Under the pieces are notes generated by a model, which saw nothing but the letters and a program-made list of their open reading frames with translations, was not told the DNA's origin and made no database searches. DNA of 64,000 bases from a virus. The position numbers were made by a program, and so were the translations under genes. Positions 18,811 through 28,680 of this stretch are shown here, piece after piece (position 1 is the first letter of the stretch; every line of letters begins with the position of its first letter). The stretch is taken from the IMG/VR virus record IMGVR_UViG_3300028830_000309. One strand, 5' to 3'.

Positions 18811-20961
18811 TCAACGGACGGCCACCGTCACATGGAAGGTGCCCGTCATATCGGCGTCTCGACTACCCACGAAGCTCTCCACGAACAGGACGAGTCGTCC
18901 GGATGAAGGAGACTTGCCGCGGAAGTTTGATCCAACGCGGAAGCTCTGAATGAGGTTTTTCATCCCTCCCGGAGGCTGAATGACCGCTCGGACCGCGCCC
19001 ATGGCGGTGTTGAACCGCTTCGTACCATCTGGCGGGTAGCACGGGCCCTTGTCAGACGCCTTGCGCTTCACGTAGCAGACCTCCCCCGTTGCCGTGATGT
19101 GCAGCGTGGCTCCGGCGGGCACGTCGATGCCGGTGTCTAGCTCACGGGTCGGGCGGACCTTGAATGCCTTCGCCCCCGGCTCCATCGTCGGAGTAGGGAT
19201 CGCGGCCTGGACGGTGGGTACGGCGGTCGCTGGAACAGCCGTTGGGACCACCGGCGCCACTTCGGTCGGGACGGGAATCGCGACGGTAGGAAGCGGATCG
19301 ACCACCGCAGCGTCAGTCACTGGCGCCGCTGCCGTGGGCTCCGCGGCAGGTGTCGACGGCGTCGGTGCGAGGTCAGCGAGGTTGGCGACCGGCTTCACCT
19401 CGATCTTCGACGGGGTCCACCCGGGTCGCCCCTTCTCCTCGTAGTGGATCAGCCCGCCCGCGATCGGGAGGAACCAGATGTAGTCGCGCCGTCCGGGCTC
19501 AATCAGCCTGAGGTTCGTTGCGTCCGCGCCGGCCTCCAAGAAAGGCCGATCGCCGTTCGTGCCGTGGAGCACCCAGCCGTCCGCCTGATGCTCGAAAGTC
19601 CCGAGCGACGATGTGAACGCAGCAGGCAGCGGGACGGGCGTGGCCACCGGCGCGGCGGGTGCTGGCTTCTGGGCGACGGGCGCCGCTGGTGCAGGAGGTG
19701 CCGGCTGGCGGGAGCGGTAGAACCCGTACACAACAACGGCCACGGCGATCAGGACGAGCGCGTAGAACGGGTTGACCTGCATCGAGGCCGTCTTCTCGGC
19801 GACGGTCGTCGGCGCGCCGGTCCCCTTCGGCGTGCGGTCCCGCGCGATCTGGTCACCGAGCGTGCGCCACCTGACGATGGCGCTCTCCTTTGCGTCAGAT
19901 GTGAATCCGCAGTGGTCGAGGATTGCCCGCTCCAGGCCATCGAGTTCCCGGAGCCACGCGTCCAGCTGACGGGACGCCTGGGGCGTTCCAGACGGGCGCA
20001 GCCTCGATTCGGCTCTCCGTCTGATCTCGTCCTGCCGCGCCCTCAGCCGTTCGATCTCGGCATCGTTCGCGCCGCTGGTCTGGATGAGCCGCATCGTCGT
20101 GATTTCCGCCTCGATCCGCTCGACCTCGTCCTGGGTGTCCTTGTAGCCCGGCTCACTCCCGCGGATCACCTCCTTGCGGCGTCCCGCCGCTGAGATGGCG
20201 GCGTAGTAGAGAGGCATCACGGCCTCGGCGAACTCCTCGTACCCGTCTCTCGCCCCATAGTCGACTGCCTCGGCGGCGGACGACGTCTGATGCCGGAGGA
20301 GGCTGAGTGCCACCTCGTCCTGTTCGGCGAGCAGCTTCGCTCCCGGATCGGGGTTCGCGCGATTCACCGAGATCTTCTTTTGGAGTGCGATCTGCTGCTG
20401 GACGACGCTCCCAAGCTCCGTGCGAAGTCGCTGTGCGATCTCTTGCTGGATCCTGTCACGGGCCTCCCCGAAGGCGAGGACCTGCTCCCTCACGATGTTC
20501 GTGAGGTCCGTTCCCGACGAGAGCGCATCGAACACGCCGCTCTTCTTGAGGAGGAGCGCGATCGCGAGAATCACGCCGCCGACGAGGAACCAGCCGAGGA
20601 GTTGGAGGTCCCTCCCCATGATCAGCTGCACGCCCCAGGCGGCGATGATGATCAGGAAGAAGGCGGCGCAACCGATCTGCAGGATGCCGCCGGTGACGTT
20701 CGCGGCGACGTCGACAGCCTTCCCGACCTCCTCCTTCGTCGTGACGTTCCGCCGCCTGGCCTGCGCCGCCTTCTCCAGGCTTTTCGCCCGGAGGGCAGAC
20801 GAGATCGCGTCAAGGCTGCTCGGCCGCTCCAGGCCCGCCGCGAGCCGGAAGAGCTTCTCAGCGTCGACGCAGGGTTTCCCGTTGAGGAGGAGGTGCTTCG
20901 TCGCGACGCTCCGCCCAAGCCCGTAGACAGGGTTCGCCTTGTTGGCTTCCGCAGTGGCCAT
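18811..20961 (-). CDS. Three-TM membrane protein with coiled coil, Pro/Ala/Thr linkers and C-terminal LecA/PA-IL-like beta-sandwich
   Basis: ATG 20961 with SD GAAGGAG. Two TM helices, a coiled coil, a third TM helix, PAT-rich linkers, then DTGIDVPAGATLHITATG...FRVG...GRLVLFV...GTFHVTV. Confidence 0.6.
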   Translation of the reverse strand: MATAEANKANPVYGLGRSVATKHLLLNGKPCVDAEKLFRLAAGLERPSSLDAISSALRAKSLEKAAQARRRNVTTKEEVGKAVDVAANVTGGILQIGCAAFFLIIIAAWGVQLIMGRDLQLLGWFLVGGVILAIALLLKKSGVFDALSSGTDLTNIVREQVLAFGEARDRIQQEIAQRLRTELGSVVQQQIALQKKISVNRANPDPGAKLLAEQDEVALSLLRHQTSSAAEAVDYGARDGYEEFAEAVMPLYYAAISAAGRRKEVIRGSEPGYKDTQDEVERIEAEITTMRLIQTSGANDAEIERLRARQDEIRRRAESRLRPSGTPQASRQLDAWLRELDGLERAILDHCGFTSDAKESAIVRWRTLGDQIARDRTPKGTGAPTTVAEKTASMQVNPFYALVLIAVAVVVYGFYRSRQPAPPAPAAPVAQKPAPAAPVATPVPLPAAFTSSLGTFEHQADGWVLHGTNGDRPFLEAGADATNLRLIEPGRRDYIWFLPIAGGLIHYEEKGRPGWTPSKIEVKPVANLADLAPTPSTPAAEPTAAAPVTDAAVVDPLPTVAIPVPTEVAPVVPTAVPATAVPTVQAAIPTPTMEPGAKAFKVRPTRELDTGIDVPAGATLHITATGEVCYVKRKASDKGPCYPPDGTKRFNTAMGAVRAVIQPPGGMKNLIQSFRVGSNFRGKSPSSGRLVLFVESFVGSRDADMTGTFHVTVAVR

Positions 20962-21120
20962 GTTCGCTCCTTCGGACGCCCGGCGCGGGAGCCACACGCT
21001 CCGCTACACGGTGGAGCACCAGCAGGGATCCGATGCTCGTTCGTGCCGGGGTTCCCCGGAGTGTAGCGCCTCGACGGTCTCGCGCGTCTCCCTGAAGCTG
21101 AGGGCGAACCCCATGTCCTG

Positions 21121-22743
21121 ATGCCGACCCGCCCCTCCCCGACGCTGACCGTCGGCGACGCCTCGTCCTACACCCGCGACCTCGGCCTGAAGTCGCTCTC
21201 GTTCTTCTCGAGCTACCACATGGAGCCTGTGGTCCCCGGGCCCGTGCCCGAGTTCCACCTGGGGATGGACGGGGTGTTCGAGGGGACCGGCTACGTCCTC
21301 GTCTACTGGCCACGCGGGGACAGCAAGTCGTCCAAGGCCACCACCATTTTCCCGACCTGGCGGAAGCTGAACGGCGAGCCCTTCATCGTCATCACCGGCG
21401 AGACCGACACGCAGGTCAAGAAGCTCTTCGAGGACACGAAGCGCCCGATCCTGAACGAGACCGGGGAGTACGCGAACCTCCACGAGGACTTCGGCCACGA
21501 GCTGCGCGTCGCGAGCCACAACGACCACGAGATCGTGTTCGTGGACGGGTCGGCCATCCGCGCGCTCTCCGCCGGCGCCTCGACCCGCGGCCTGAAGCAC
21601 AACAACCAGCGCCCGACGCTGTTCGTGATCGACGACCTGGAGGAGCGGAAGGCCGTCCAGTCGAAGACGCAGCGCGACCACACGTGGGACTGGTTCACGC
21701 GCGACCTGCTCCCGATGAAGAACCCGAAGCGGCACCGCTTCGTCTGGGTCGGCACCCTCCTCCACGAGGACGCCTCGATGCAGCGGGCCGCGAAGCTCGG
21801 CTCGTTCCACGTCATCAAGCGCAAGGCGATCATCCGGGAGCAGCCCGAGCACCCGGAGCTCTGGGCGAAGTTCCACGCCATCTGGGACGAGGCGCTCCGC
21901 GGCGGCCTGAACGGCGAGGAGCAGGCCCTCGAGTTCTACGAGAAGAACCGCGCCGCGATGGACGCGGGCACCGAGGTCCTGTGGCCCGACCGCTACCCCT
22001 ACGGGCACCTCGTCGCGGAGCGCCGGAAGATGGGGCCGACCGCCTTCGGCATGGAGTTCCAGCAGGAGGCCGTCTCGGCCGGAAACCGCATCGTCGACCC
22101 GGAGAGCATCATCGACTTCCGGATCGAGGAGACGCGGGACGGCGTCGTGCTCGTGGACCGGCTGGCGGACGGAGATGGGCTGCGGGTTCCCCTCTCCGAG
22201 TGCGTGCTCTGGATCGCGGTCGACCCCGCCATCTCGCAGAAGGACTCCGCCGACTACTTCGTCTGCCTCGCCCTGGCCGCCCACCCATCCGGCGCGCGCT
22301 TCGTCCTGGAGGTGGTGCGCGACCGGCTCACGATCCGATCGCAGGTGGAGACGATCCTGCAGGTCTACCAGGGATGGAAGGCGCGAGCCAACGCGGACAG
22401 CGTGATGGGAATCGGCATCGAGGACGTCGCGTACCAGGCGGCGCTGAAGCAGGTCCTCGACGACGCCGGCACGGCACAGGGGCTGACGCTCCCGACCGTC
22501 CCGCTCCACCCAGTGAAGGACAAGGTCCTCCGCCTGCAGCGCTGGGCGCCGGCCTTCGAGCGGAAGGAGGTCCGGATCCAGACGCACCTCCACCACGCCC
22601 TGGTCGAGGAGCTGACCGGCTTCTCCCGCGACGGGCTCACGCGCCCCGCCCACGACGACACCGTTGACGGCTTCACGTACGCGATGGAGCTGGCGGAGAC
22701 CCCAGGCTCGAGCCCCATGCACTACGAGGGAATCCGCATCTGA
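21121..22743 (+). CDS. terL: Terminase large subunit
   Basis: WPRGDSKS (Walker A variant), LFVIDDLEE (Walker B), WVGT coupling motif, nuclease VDPAISQKDSADY and HDDTVDG. Confidence 0.9.
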   Translation: MPTRPSPTLTVGDASSYTRDLGLKSLSFFSSYHMEPVVPGPVPEFHLGMDGVFEGTGYVLVYWPRGDSKSSKATTIFPTWRKLNGEPFIVITGETDTQVKKLFEDTKRPILNETGEYANLHEDFGHELRVASHNDHEIVFVDGSAIRALSAGASTRGLKHNNQRPTLFVIDDLEERKAVQSKTQRDHTWDWFTRDLLPMKNPKRHRFVWVGTLLHEDASMQRAAKLGSFHVIKRKAIIREQPEHPELWAKFHAIWDEALRGGLNGEEQALEFYEKNRAAMDAGTEVLWPDRYPYGHLVAERRKMGPTAFGMEFQQEAVSAGNRIVDPESIIDFRIEETRDGVVLVDRLADGDGLRVPLSECVLWIAVDPAISQKDSADYFVCLALAAHPSGARFVLEVVRDRLTIRSQVETILQVYQGWKARANADSVMGIGIEDVAYQAALKQVLDDAGTAQGLTLPTVPLHPVKDKVLRLQRWAPAFERKEVRIQTHLHHALVEELTGFSRDGLTRPAHDDTVDGFTYAMELAETPGSSPMHYEGIRI

Positions 22744-22796
22744 AGCGTTGACCGCTGGGCCTCCAGACGTGACGCTCGGAGAGAACCACCATCCCC

Positions 22797-24266
22797 ATGG
22801 CCGCAGACCCCACGCTGAAGCAGGTCCTCGCACAGCGCCACCCGCTCTACGACGAGTTCTCCGCTGACTGGCAGTTCTTCCTGGACTCCTACCTCGGCGG
22901 AACGAACTACACACGCGGCGGCAGCTACCTGTTCAGCCACGACCGAGAGGATCCGAAGCGCTTCGCCGCCCGCCTGAACAGGGCCGTCTTCAACAACTAC
23001 ACGCGGAAGGTCGTCGACATCTACAAGTCGTTCATCTATCGGCAGCCGATCCTGCGGACGAGCGACGACGAGAAGATCAACCTGTTCCTCTCCGACGCTG
23101 ACCGCCAGGGGCACAGCTTCGACCGCGTCATGTCGGAGTCAGTCGCGAAGCTCGCCTTCACGATGGGCCACGTCGTGGTGCTCGTGGACCTGAACAAGCG
23201 CACGGAGGGTGACGCGCTCAGCCGCGCCGACGAGCAGGACAAGCAAATCAGCCCGTACATCTCGGTCTACGCGCCGACGAACGTTATGGACTGGTCGCTC
23301 AACGCCGACGGCTCCTACCGCTGGATTCGCCTGCAGGAGCCCGCCCCCGACACGTCGAACCCCTACACCGTCCGCGGCAAGGCCGGGCCGCGCTACCGCA
23401 TCTGGACGGAGAGCGACTGGCGGCTCTACGACGAGGATGGCGTGCAGGTCGACGGCGGCCCGAACACCATCGGCCGCGTCCCTGCGGAGCGCATCGCCCC
23501 GCTCGACCATCCGGTGAAGAGCGAGCTGGGCCTGTCCATCGTCTCGGACATCGCACCGCTCAACCGCTCGATCTACAACTACCGGTCGCTGCTCGACGAG
23601 TTCCTGTACCTGCAGTGCTTCAACGTCATGGCGATCCCCATCCCCGGCGATCCGAAGGCCGTGGACACGGTGAAGAAGCTCGTCTCCACGCTCGGTACGA
23701 GCACCGGCGTCTTCTTCGACCCGACGAAGGGCGGCGCGCCGTCGTACCTCAGCCCGCCCATGCCGCCGGCGGACTTCCTGCTGCGCATGATCGAGTCGTC
23801 TGCGAAGGAGATCATCGACCTGGCGAAGCTGCAGGATCGCTCGGCGTCTGCGAAGGGCGAGAGCGGCATGGCCCGCGCCTACGAGTTCATCGAGGCCGAG
23901 GCCGTCTTCTCCTCCATCGCCCGCAACCTGGAGGACGGCGAGCGCCGCATCCTGAATCTGGTGAACCTCTGGGGTGATGACTCGTCCACGATCGACACGG
24001 TCCCCGTCACGACCGAGTACCCGGACAGCTTCAGCGTGACCGACTTCAACCAGGAGATCGAGAACACCCTGAGTCTGCTCACGATGGACATCTCGGACAC
24101 GTTCAACCAGAAGCTGAAGGAGCAGATCGTGAAGCAGGCCCTCCCGTCCCTGGAGGACGCGGATGAGGAGACGATCTTCGCGGAGATCGCGGCGAAGGTC
24201 GGCCAGGGCGGCCTCCTCGTGAAGGAGATCCAGACCCACCTCAAGGACGCCGAGGCGACACGGTGA
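22797..24266 (+). CDS. Portal protein
   Basis: 489 aa directly after TerL. N-terminal HPLY...RLNRAVFNNYTRKVVD and a portal-typical ESGMARAYEF. Confidence 0.85.
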   Translation: MAADPTLKQVLAQRHPLYDEFSADWQFFLDSYLGGTNYTRGGSYLFSHDREDPKRFAARLNRAVFNNYTRKVVDIYKSFIYRQPILRTSDDEKINLFLSDADRQGHSFDRVMSESVAKLAFTMGHVVVLVDLNKRTEGDALSRADEQDKQISPYISVYAPTNVMDWSLNADGSYRWIRLQEPAPDTSNPYTVRGKAGPRYRIWTESDWRLYDEDGVQVDGGPNTIGRVPAERIAPLDHPVKSELGLSIVSDIAPLNRSIYNYRSLLDEFLYLQCFNVMAIPIPGDPKAVDTVKKLVSTLGTSTGVFFDPTKGGAPSYLSPPMPPADFLLRMIESSAKEIIDLAKLQDRSASAKGESGMARAYEFIEAEAVFSSIARNLEDGERRILNLVNLWGDDSSTIDTVPVTTEYPDSFSVTDFNQEIENTLSLLTMDISDTFNQKLKEQIVKQALPSLEDADEETIFAEIAAKVGQGGLLVKEIQTHLKDAEATR

Positions 24267-24314
24267 ACGTGAACGCGACACCGCCCGCCGCGGCCCCCAT
24301 GACCACCCCTCCGA

Positions 24315-24584
24315 ATGCCGCTCCGACCCCGCAGCCGTGACTACCGGCTCCGCACGCTCGCGACCTACGTCGAGCAGGAAGCCGCTGCGGATGACGCCGT
24401 GCGCGCGACGCAGGACGGGCTGATCGCCGAGCTGACCACCAAGCCCATCACGACCCGTTCACTCGCGGGCTTGCTCGAGAAGTTGGACGCGCTGCTCGAC
24501 CAGCAGGAGGCCGAGATCCTGGCCGCGGTCGAGACCGCCCTGACCCGGAGCGCGAAGGCCACGGCTGACCATGCCACGCCGTGA
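24315..24584 (+). CDS. Hypothetical helical protein (possible N-terminal part of the minor head protein)
   Basis: 89 aa; GTGA overlap with the next gene. Confidence 0.55.
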   Translation: MPLRPRSRDYRLRTLATYVEQEAAADDAVRATQDGLIAELTTKPITTRSLAGLLEKLDALLDQQEAEILAAVETALTRSAKATADHATP

Positions 24585-25306
24585 GGACGAGCCGCGTCAT
24601 CGCGGACCTCGTCGGGAAGGCCATGCGCACCCGGTACGCCGGTGCGACGATCGCCGAGCGCGTGAAGCTCATCACCGGCCGGCAGAAGGAGCAGATGCGG
24701 GCCATCCTCGTGCGCGGCCTCCGGAAGGGCGCGGACCAAGAGGCGATGGTTCGCCAGGTCCTGCGCTTCTACAAAGGCGTGGACGGCTACGGTGGACCGG
24801 CCGCGATGGCTCGCCGCCTGGTGGTGTCCGAGACGACGCGCTTCAACGGCCGCGTCGCAGAGGAGATCGGCGCGCAGGTGTACGAGGACACCGGACGCAT
24901 CCCGATCTACACGTACCAGACGCAGCAAGACGAGCTCGTGCGGGATGAGCACGCCGCGGCTCAAGACGAGGAGTTCACGGACGACGACCTGGCCGAGGAG
25001 CTGGAGATGCGGCCCGTCTCGGAGGCGCAGGACCTCCTCTCCGAAGTGAACTGCCGGTGCTGGCTCGACATCTCGTACCTGTCACCAAGCGAGGAGATGG
25101 CGGCACGGAACGGAGACAGCGCGCCGAAGGGTGAGAAGGTCGAGCGCGCTGCCAGCCCTCGGGAGAGCACGGCGAGGGCTGCGGACTTCGACAACGCCAC
25201 CGACCGCAAGGCAGCCCTCGCCGGGATCATCGAGAAGGCGCTGAACGGCGGCGCTGGTGGGCAGGACATTGCCGCCCTGGCCACGAAGTTCTACGGCCCG
25301 CAGTGA
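24581..25306 (+). CDS. Minor head protein, MuF/SPP1 gp7-like
   Basis: RRLVVSETTRF, DELVRDEH, NCRCWL; located after the portal gene. Confidence 0.75.
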   Translation: MRTSRVIADLVGKAMRTRYAGATIAERVKLITGRQKEQMRAILVRGLRKGADQEAMVRQVLRFYKGVDGYGGPAAMARRLVVSETTRFNGRVAEEIGAQVYEDTGRIPIYTYQTQQDELVRDEHAAAQDEEFTDDDLAEELEMRPVSEAQDLLSEVNCRCWLDISYLSPSEEMAARNGDSAPKGEKVERAASPRESTARAADFDNATDRKAALAGIIEKALNGGAGGQDIAALATKFYGPQ

Positions 25307-25359
25307 CCGCTTGATCCGCGCGCCCCGACTCGCCACGATCCCATCACACCCCCCATCCA

Positions 25360-25638
25360 ATGTCCGACCCCACTAAGATCACAGCCCTTGTCTCCCTCGG
25401 TGACACCCTCTCCCAGGTCGAGGCGATCGCCGTTCGACAGGTCTCCCGGCAGCAACGGTCGGCCCTGAAGCAGCAGGAGGTCCTTCGGAGCTTCATTCGC
25501 TCGATGTTCCAGGACGTTTACCAGCGCACCGCCGCCAAGCTGGGAGGGAGCCGCGGTGGCACCCAGGAGCTACTCCTGGCCGTCCAAGACGCGGTCGCGG
25601 CGCGCGGCCCGAAGGAGATCGTCGCCGCGAAGGGATGA
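25360..25638 (+). CDS. Hypothetical protein
   Basis: 92 aa, phage-type leader, ATGA-coupled to the next gene. Confidence 0.55.
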   Translation: MSDPTKITALVSLGDTLSQVEAIAVRQVSRQQRSALKQQEVLRSFIRSMFQDVYQRTAAKLGGSRGGTQELLLAVQDAVAARGPKEIVAAKG

Positions 25639-26105
25639 CGAAGCTCGTCGCCCTGCGCCTCATCGAGCACTTGCGCTGGGCGCTCCTTCTGAGCACGGCA
25701 CACATCGACGTCTACTTCCTCGACTGCGCCGACGACGACAGCCACGCGATGATGGCGGTCATCGGTGCGAACGAGTGGATGTCCCGCTCCTCCTTCGAGC
25801 TGATGATCTACAAGCGCGCGATGGCGCTCAGCGACCACGACTTCTACCGGAGCCTCCTGCATGAGTTCGCCCACATCCTCACGATGCCGGACTTCAAGAC
25901 GATCCCCCCCGCGATGGAGGCGCACCTGCGACCGACCGAACGCGACGCGCTCGACAATTCGCTGAAGCACGCGAGCGAGGTCGTGGCCGAGACGCTCGCC
26001 GCGGTCTTCGCGGCCCTGCACCCGCTCCCGCGGGAGCTGTTGACGGAAAAGCAGCCACGTTTGAAGGTACGCACGACGACAGGTCGGCGACGTCGGGACC
26101 GTTGA
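25635..26105 (+). CDS. HEXXH-motif protein (putative zinc metallopeptidase-like)
   Basis: SLLHEFAHIL with downstream acidic helix EVVAETLA. Confidence 0.5.
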   Translation: MTKLVALRLIEHLRWALLLSTAHIDVYFLDCADDDSHAMMAVIGANEWMSRSSFELMIYKRAMALSDHDFYRSLLHEFAHILTMPDFKTIPPAMEAHLRPTERDALDNSLKHASEVVAETLAAVFAALHPLPRELLTEKQPRLKVRTTTGRRRRDR

Positions 26106-26225
26106 CACACCGGACGGCTGGGAAGACCAGCCGAGTACACCGACACCGACACACAACTGACTCGCAGCGGCAGGTACCTCGCTGCGCGCCGACGGGCGTA
26201 AAACGGCCACTCACACACCCCAACT

Positions 26226-27011
26226 ATGACGACCCCCAACACGGAGAACCACTCCGGCGCGGCTCCCCAGACGGACCCGCAGACACCCCCTGTGGTGGAA
26301 GACAAGGACAAGCAGGCTCCCGACGGGGAGAAAAAGACGGAAGCGGAGATCGCGGCTGATGCTGAACAGAAGCGGATTGATGCCATCGTGCAGGAGCGCG
26401 TCGCCCGCGAACAGAAGAAGCAGGCCGAACTCCAGAAGCAGAACGACGAGCTGGCCGCCTTCAAGCGACAGGCGGAAGAGGAGAAGGCCAAGCTCCAGGC
26501 CGAGAAAGAGGAACGCGAGAAGGCTCGACTCCTCGAGAAGGGCGAGTTCGAGAAGGTGATCGACATCGAGCGGAAGCAGCACATCGACACTGTGCAGAAG
26601 CTCAAGGACGAGATCGCCGCCGAGAAGCGCAAGAACGAGGAGTTCCAGCTCAAGGATCGCTCACGCACCATCGACGAGAAGCTCCGCGAAGCCTCGATCG
26701 ACGCGAAGAACGCCCAGCACCTGGCCCTGCTCCTCAAGGCCGACCACACGTTCACCGTCGACGACAACGGTCACCTCGTCATCGACGGAGACCCCACCCG
26801 CAGCCTGAAGGACCTCGTGTCGTCCTTCCTGGCGAACAACCCAGAGCTCGCGAAGGGCAAGTACGAGGGCAAGACGGGCTCCGGCTCGCAGACCCCACCC
26901 CCCGCAGGCTCCCAGACCTTCACCGCAGCCCAGATCAAGGACCCGGCCTTCTACAAGGCCAATCAGGCCGCGATCGACCTCGCCGCGAAGGAGGGACGCA
27001 TTACGCAGTAA
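26226..27011 (+). CDS. Capsid scaffolding protein
   Basis: Highly charged coiled coil, G/S/P-rich linker, C-terminal DLAAKEGRI; directly before the capsid gene. Confidence 0.8.
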   Translation: MTTPNTENHSGAAPQTDPQTPPVVEDKDKQAPDGEKKTEAEIAADAEQKRIDAIVQERVAREQKKQAELQKQNDELAAFKRQAEEEKAKLQAEKEEREKARLLEKGEFEKVIDIERKQHIDTVQKLKDEIAAEKRKNEEFQLKDRSRTIDEKLREASIDAKNAQHLALLLKADHTFTVDDNGHLVIDGDPTRSLKDLVSSFLANNPELAKGKYEGKTGSGSQTPPPAGSQTFTAAQIKDPAFYKANQAAIDLAAKEGRITQ

Positions 27012-27067
27012 CCGAGCGCTGAACGAGAGCGGGTGACCCCAATACCGACACACACCCCCAACCTACC

Positions 27068-27973
27068 GTGGCCAACACCACTTCCCTGACGACCGTTGCC
27101 AACTGGGTCGCGCAGACCTGGACCCAGAAGGCCCTGATCGCGCTCCAGAACAACCTCGTCCTCCCCGCCCTCGTGAACCGTGGCTGGGACCCCGTGCCCC
27201 GCAACAAGGGCGACACCATCAACATCCTCTCGCCGCTCTCAGTGACGGCGAACGCGAAGGCCGTGCAGACGGAGATCACCCTCCAGACGCCCACCTTCTC
27301 GAAGGTCCAGCTGGTGCTGAACAAGCACTACGAATCCTCCATCGCCGTGGAGGACGCCGCGAAGAGCCTGATGAACGACCCGACGATGCAGTCGTTCACC
27401 GACGCTGCGGTGAAGTCGATCGCCACGCAGATCGACGCTGACCTGATCGCCGAGGCGGCCAACTTCACCGGCACGGTGGAGGGCACGCAGGGCGTCGCCA
27501 TCACCCCGGCGAACCTGCGCGCAGCCGACAAGAAGCTGAACGACGCCAAGGCTCCCCTGCAGAACCGCGCCCTCGTGGTCGGCTCGCAGTCGAAGAGCGA
27601 CCTCCTGGGCCAGGCCATGTTCGTCCAGGCGGCCTCGATCGGGAACGGCAACGCCATCCAGACCGCGAAGCTCACCAGCCTGTTCGGCTTCGACGTCTAC
27701 CTGGACCAGGGCATCAGCCGCTCGGGCGGTGGCGACAAGAACATCGCCTTCGTCGGCGACGCGCTGGCCATCGGCATGGCCGAGATGTACAGCCCGTCCT
27801 CGGAGTTCAGCGGCGTGATCAGTGCCGTGGCCTCCGACGCCCAGACGGGCCTCGGCATCCGCTTCACCTCGAGCTGGAGCCAGAAGGACCTCGCCACGCT
27901 CATGACCTACGACGCGCTCTACGGCGTGAAGGTCGTCCGCGCGACGCTGGGCCTGTACGTGTACGGCGCCTGA
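27068..27973 (+). CDS. Major capsid protein (HK97 fold, P22-coat-like)
   Basis: 301 aa. LPALVNRGWD...KGDTINI, FGFDVYLD, YDALYGVKVVR; follows the scaffold gene. Confidence 0.9.
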   Translation: MANTTSLTTVANWVAQTWTQKALIALQNNLVLPALVNRGWDPVPRNKGDTINILSPLSVTANAKAVQTEITLQTPTFSKVQLVLNKHYESSIAVEDAAKSLMNDPTMQSFTDAAVKSIATQIDADLIAEAANFTGTVEGTQGVAITPANLRAADKKLNDAKAPLQNRALVVGSQSKSDLLGQAMFVQAASIGNGNAIQTAKLTSLFGFDVYLDQGISRSGGGDKNIAFVGDALAIGMAEMYSPSSEFSGVISAVASDAQTGLGIRFTSSWSQKDLATLMTYDALYGVKVVRATLGLYVYGA

Positions 27974-27990
27974 GTTCCTGGGATGGATCC

Positions 27991-28014
27991 GGGCGGGGAG
28001 GAGACTCCCCGCTC
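27991..28014 (+). terminator. GC-rich stem-loop after the capsid gene (no U-tract; terminator-like or stabilising)
   Basis: GGGCGGGGAG-GAGA-CTCCCCGCTC with a GNRA loop. Confidence 0.45.
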
Positions 28015-28048
28015 GTCCCGTCCCCGTCACTTCACCCACACCACCCAT

Positions 28049-28333
28049 ATGGAGACCGAGCAACAGCCCACGAAGATGCTGCGCCTGCGCAACGGCGGAG
28101 GCATCGAGTCGTGGCACACCGAGGCCGAGGCCGAGCACTACAAGGTCGTGAGCGAGAGCGGCACCAAGGACTGGGCCGCCGGCTGGACGTACCTAGGCTT
28201 CGTCGAGGTCACGGACGTGCGCAACGACAACTGCGACGCCCTCTGGGCGGAGAAGCAGAAGGAGACCGGGAAGAGCGCCGGGAGCGTCGGCGGCAACGAG
28301 ACGCCCGCGGAGAAGAAGGGGAAGGGCAAGTAG
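28049..28333 (+). CDS. Hypothetical protein
   Basis: ATG 28049 after a CACCACCCAT leader; Lys-rich tail typical of small post-capsid proteins. Confidence 0.6.
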   Translation: METEQQPTKMLRLRNGGGIESWHTEAEAEHYKVVSESGTKDWAAGWTYLGFVEVTDVRNDNCDALWAEKQKETGKSAGSVGGNETPAEKKGKGK

Positions 28334-28356
28334 CCCTTCCATCCCTTCCATGTGCC

Positions 28357-28680
28357 ATGCAGATCACTGAACGCTACGCGCGCGCCCTGCGCGCCATCCA
28401 CCCTCGCCTCGGCGTCCTCGTCCGGGCGCACTCGACGGACCCTCGCCGGCCCGTCGTTTGGGCGTGCTACCGCCTCGCTGAAGGCATGGACCTGAAGCTG
28501 ATCGCCCTGAGCGAGTTCAGCGAGTTCCCCGCGGGTCCCGACGGCTGGCTCCGGGGCGCGCTCGCGCGTTTCGGGTGGGAGGAGCAGGTCGCGAGCGCGA
28601 AGGCCGCCTACGGCGCCTCGACCCACCCCGCCGTCCGCCTCGGCCTCGACACCGCCACACACCTGACCCCACGAGCATGA
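28357..28680 (+). CDS. Hypothetical protein
   Basis: MQITERYARAL...; ATGA-coupled to the next gene. Confidence 0.5.
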   Translation: MQITERYARALRAIHPRLGVLVRAHSTDPRRPVVWACYRLAEGMDLKLIALSEFSEFPAGPDGWLRGALARFGWEEQVASAKAAYGASTHPAVRLGLDTATHLTPRA

